A stretch of DNA of 18,141 nucleotides. Origin: Rotaria sp. (taxonomy: Eukaryota). The stretch spans positions 73,968 to 92,108 of the forward strand of contig CAJNUA010000350.1 in the NCBI GenBank assembly GCA_905330235.1, given 5' to 3'. How positions within the stretch are numbered: position 1 is the stretch's first letter; the number at the start of each line of letters is the position of its first letter. The notes under the pieces were generated by a model, which was given only the letters and a program-made list of their open reading frames with translations, searched no databases and was not told the DNA's origin. The translations under genes were made by a program, and so were the position numbers. Of the stretch, positions 17,811 to 18,141 are shown piece by piece.

Positions 17811-18141
17811 CTTGTGACTTGTATTGGTTGCTTTTGAATCGTGAAGAAACCATTTTTTTCTGTGGTTTTTATAATACAAATCACTATTTGCACGAATATA
17901 ATCCATCTTCAATGTACTTAGCACTAAAGAAGGAAGACAGAAATACCATATATTGCTAAGATTATTTATTAACATTCGTCATGTCCTTCTTCCCATTTTG
18001 TCATTATTCGTATACTTGTAAAAATATTGACCTGAATAGATTTATTTTGTTCCTTCTTCTTAGTACTCTATTGACATATTAACGTTCTATTGGTTTTTGT
18101 CAAATGGAATACTTAAGCCAGTCGCTGGATTAAGAAACCAT

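Noticed and set aside
1-18141. A CRISPR array, rRNA genes, or an intronless bacterial-type horizontally acquired ORF.
   Set aside because: There are no regularly spaced direct repeats with unique spacers, and no rRNA-like conserved blocks. There is no long intronless ORF; the longest single ORF is 174 aa and it is an MVP exon.

Overview
This window is eukaryotic nuclear DNA, not prokaryotic. It is AT-rich, and the ORF-track fragments are exons joined by short canonical GT-AG introns, mostly 47-104 nt. The left edge (1-120) is a regular C-strand hexamer array (CCCACA)n, oriented as a left chromosome end; its G-strand is TGTGGG. That repeat plus ~55-nt introns points to a bdelloid rotifer subtelomere; I am recalling the TGTGGG telomere assignment from memory and cannot verify it here. 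Gene models I can support: (1) an F-box/LRR protein gene (+, 676-2568) starting only ~0.55 kb from the telomere-like array; (2) the major vault protein gene (+, 9 coding exons, 5849-9670, 899 aa) with a TATA box ~47 bp upstream and AATAAA ~100 bp downstream; (3) a hypothetical 2-exon 131-aa ORF (+, 11766-12213) with GC3-rich codon usage unlike its neighbours; (4) a cupin gene with acireductone-dioxygenase-like motifs (-, ~13802-14685) that needs a 1-nt frame correction and has metal-ligand His->Gln changes; (5) S-adenosyl-L-homocysteine hydrolase (-, 7 coding exons, 14961-17231, 452 aa) with a TATA box ~45 bp upstream; (6) a partial 3'-terminal exon of another minus-strand gene at the right edge. 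Non-genic structure: a ~1.07-kb foldback inverted repeat (3540-4610) in a 2.4-kb ORF-free zone; at least six short degenerate telomere-like patches arranged as G-block then C-block; and a dispersed non-coding repeat with one ~650-bp copy filling MVP intron 4 and a diverged ~270-bp copy at 9835-10100. I found no rRNA, tRNA, CRISPR or obvious horizontally acquired intronless ORF. Exon coordinates are hand-derived and may be off by 1-2 nt.
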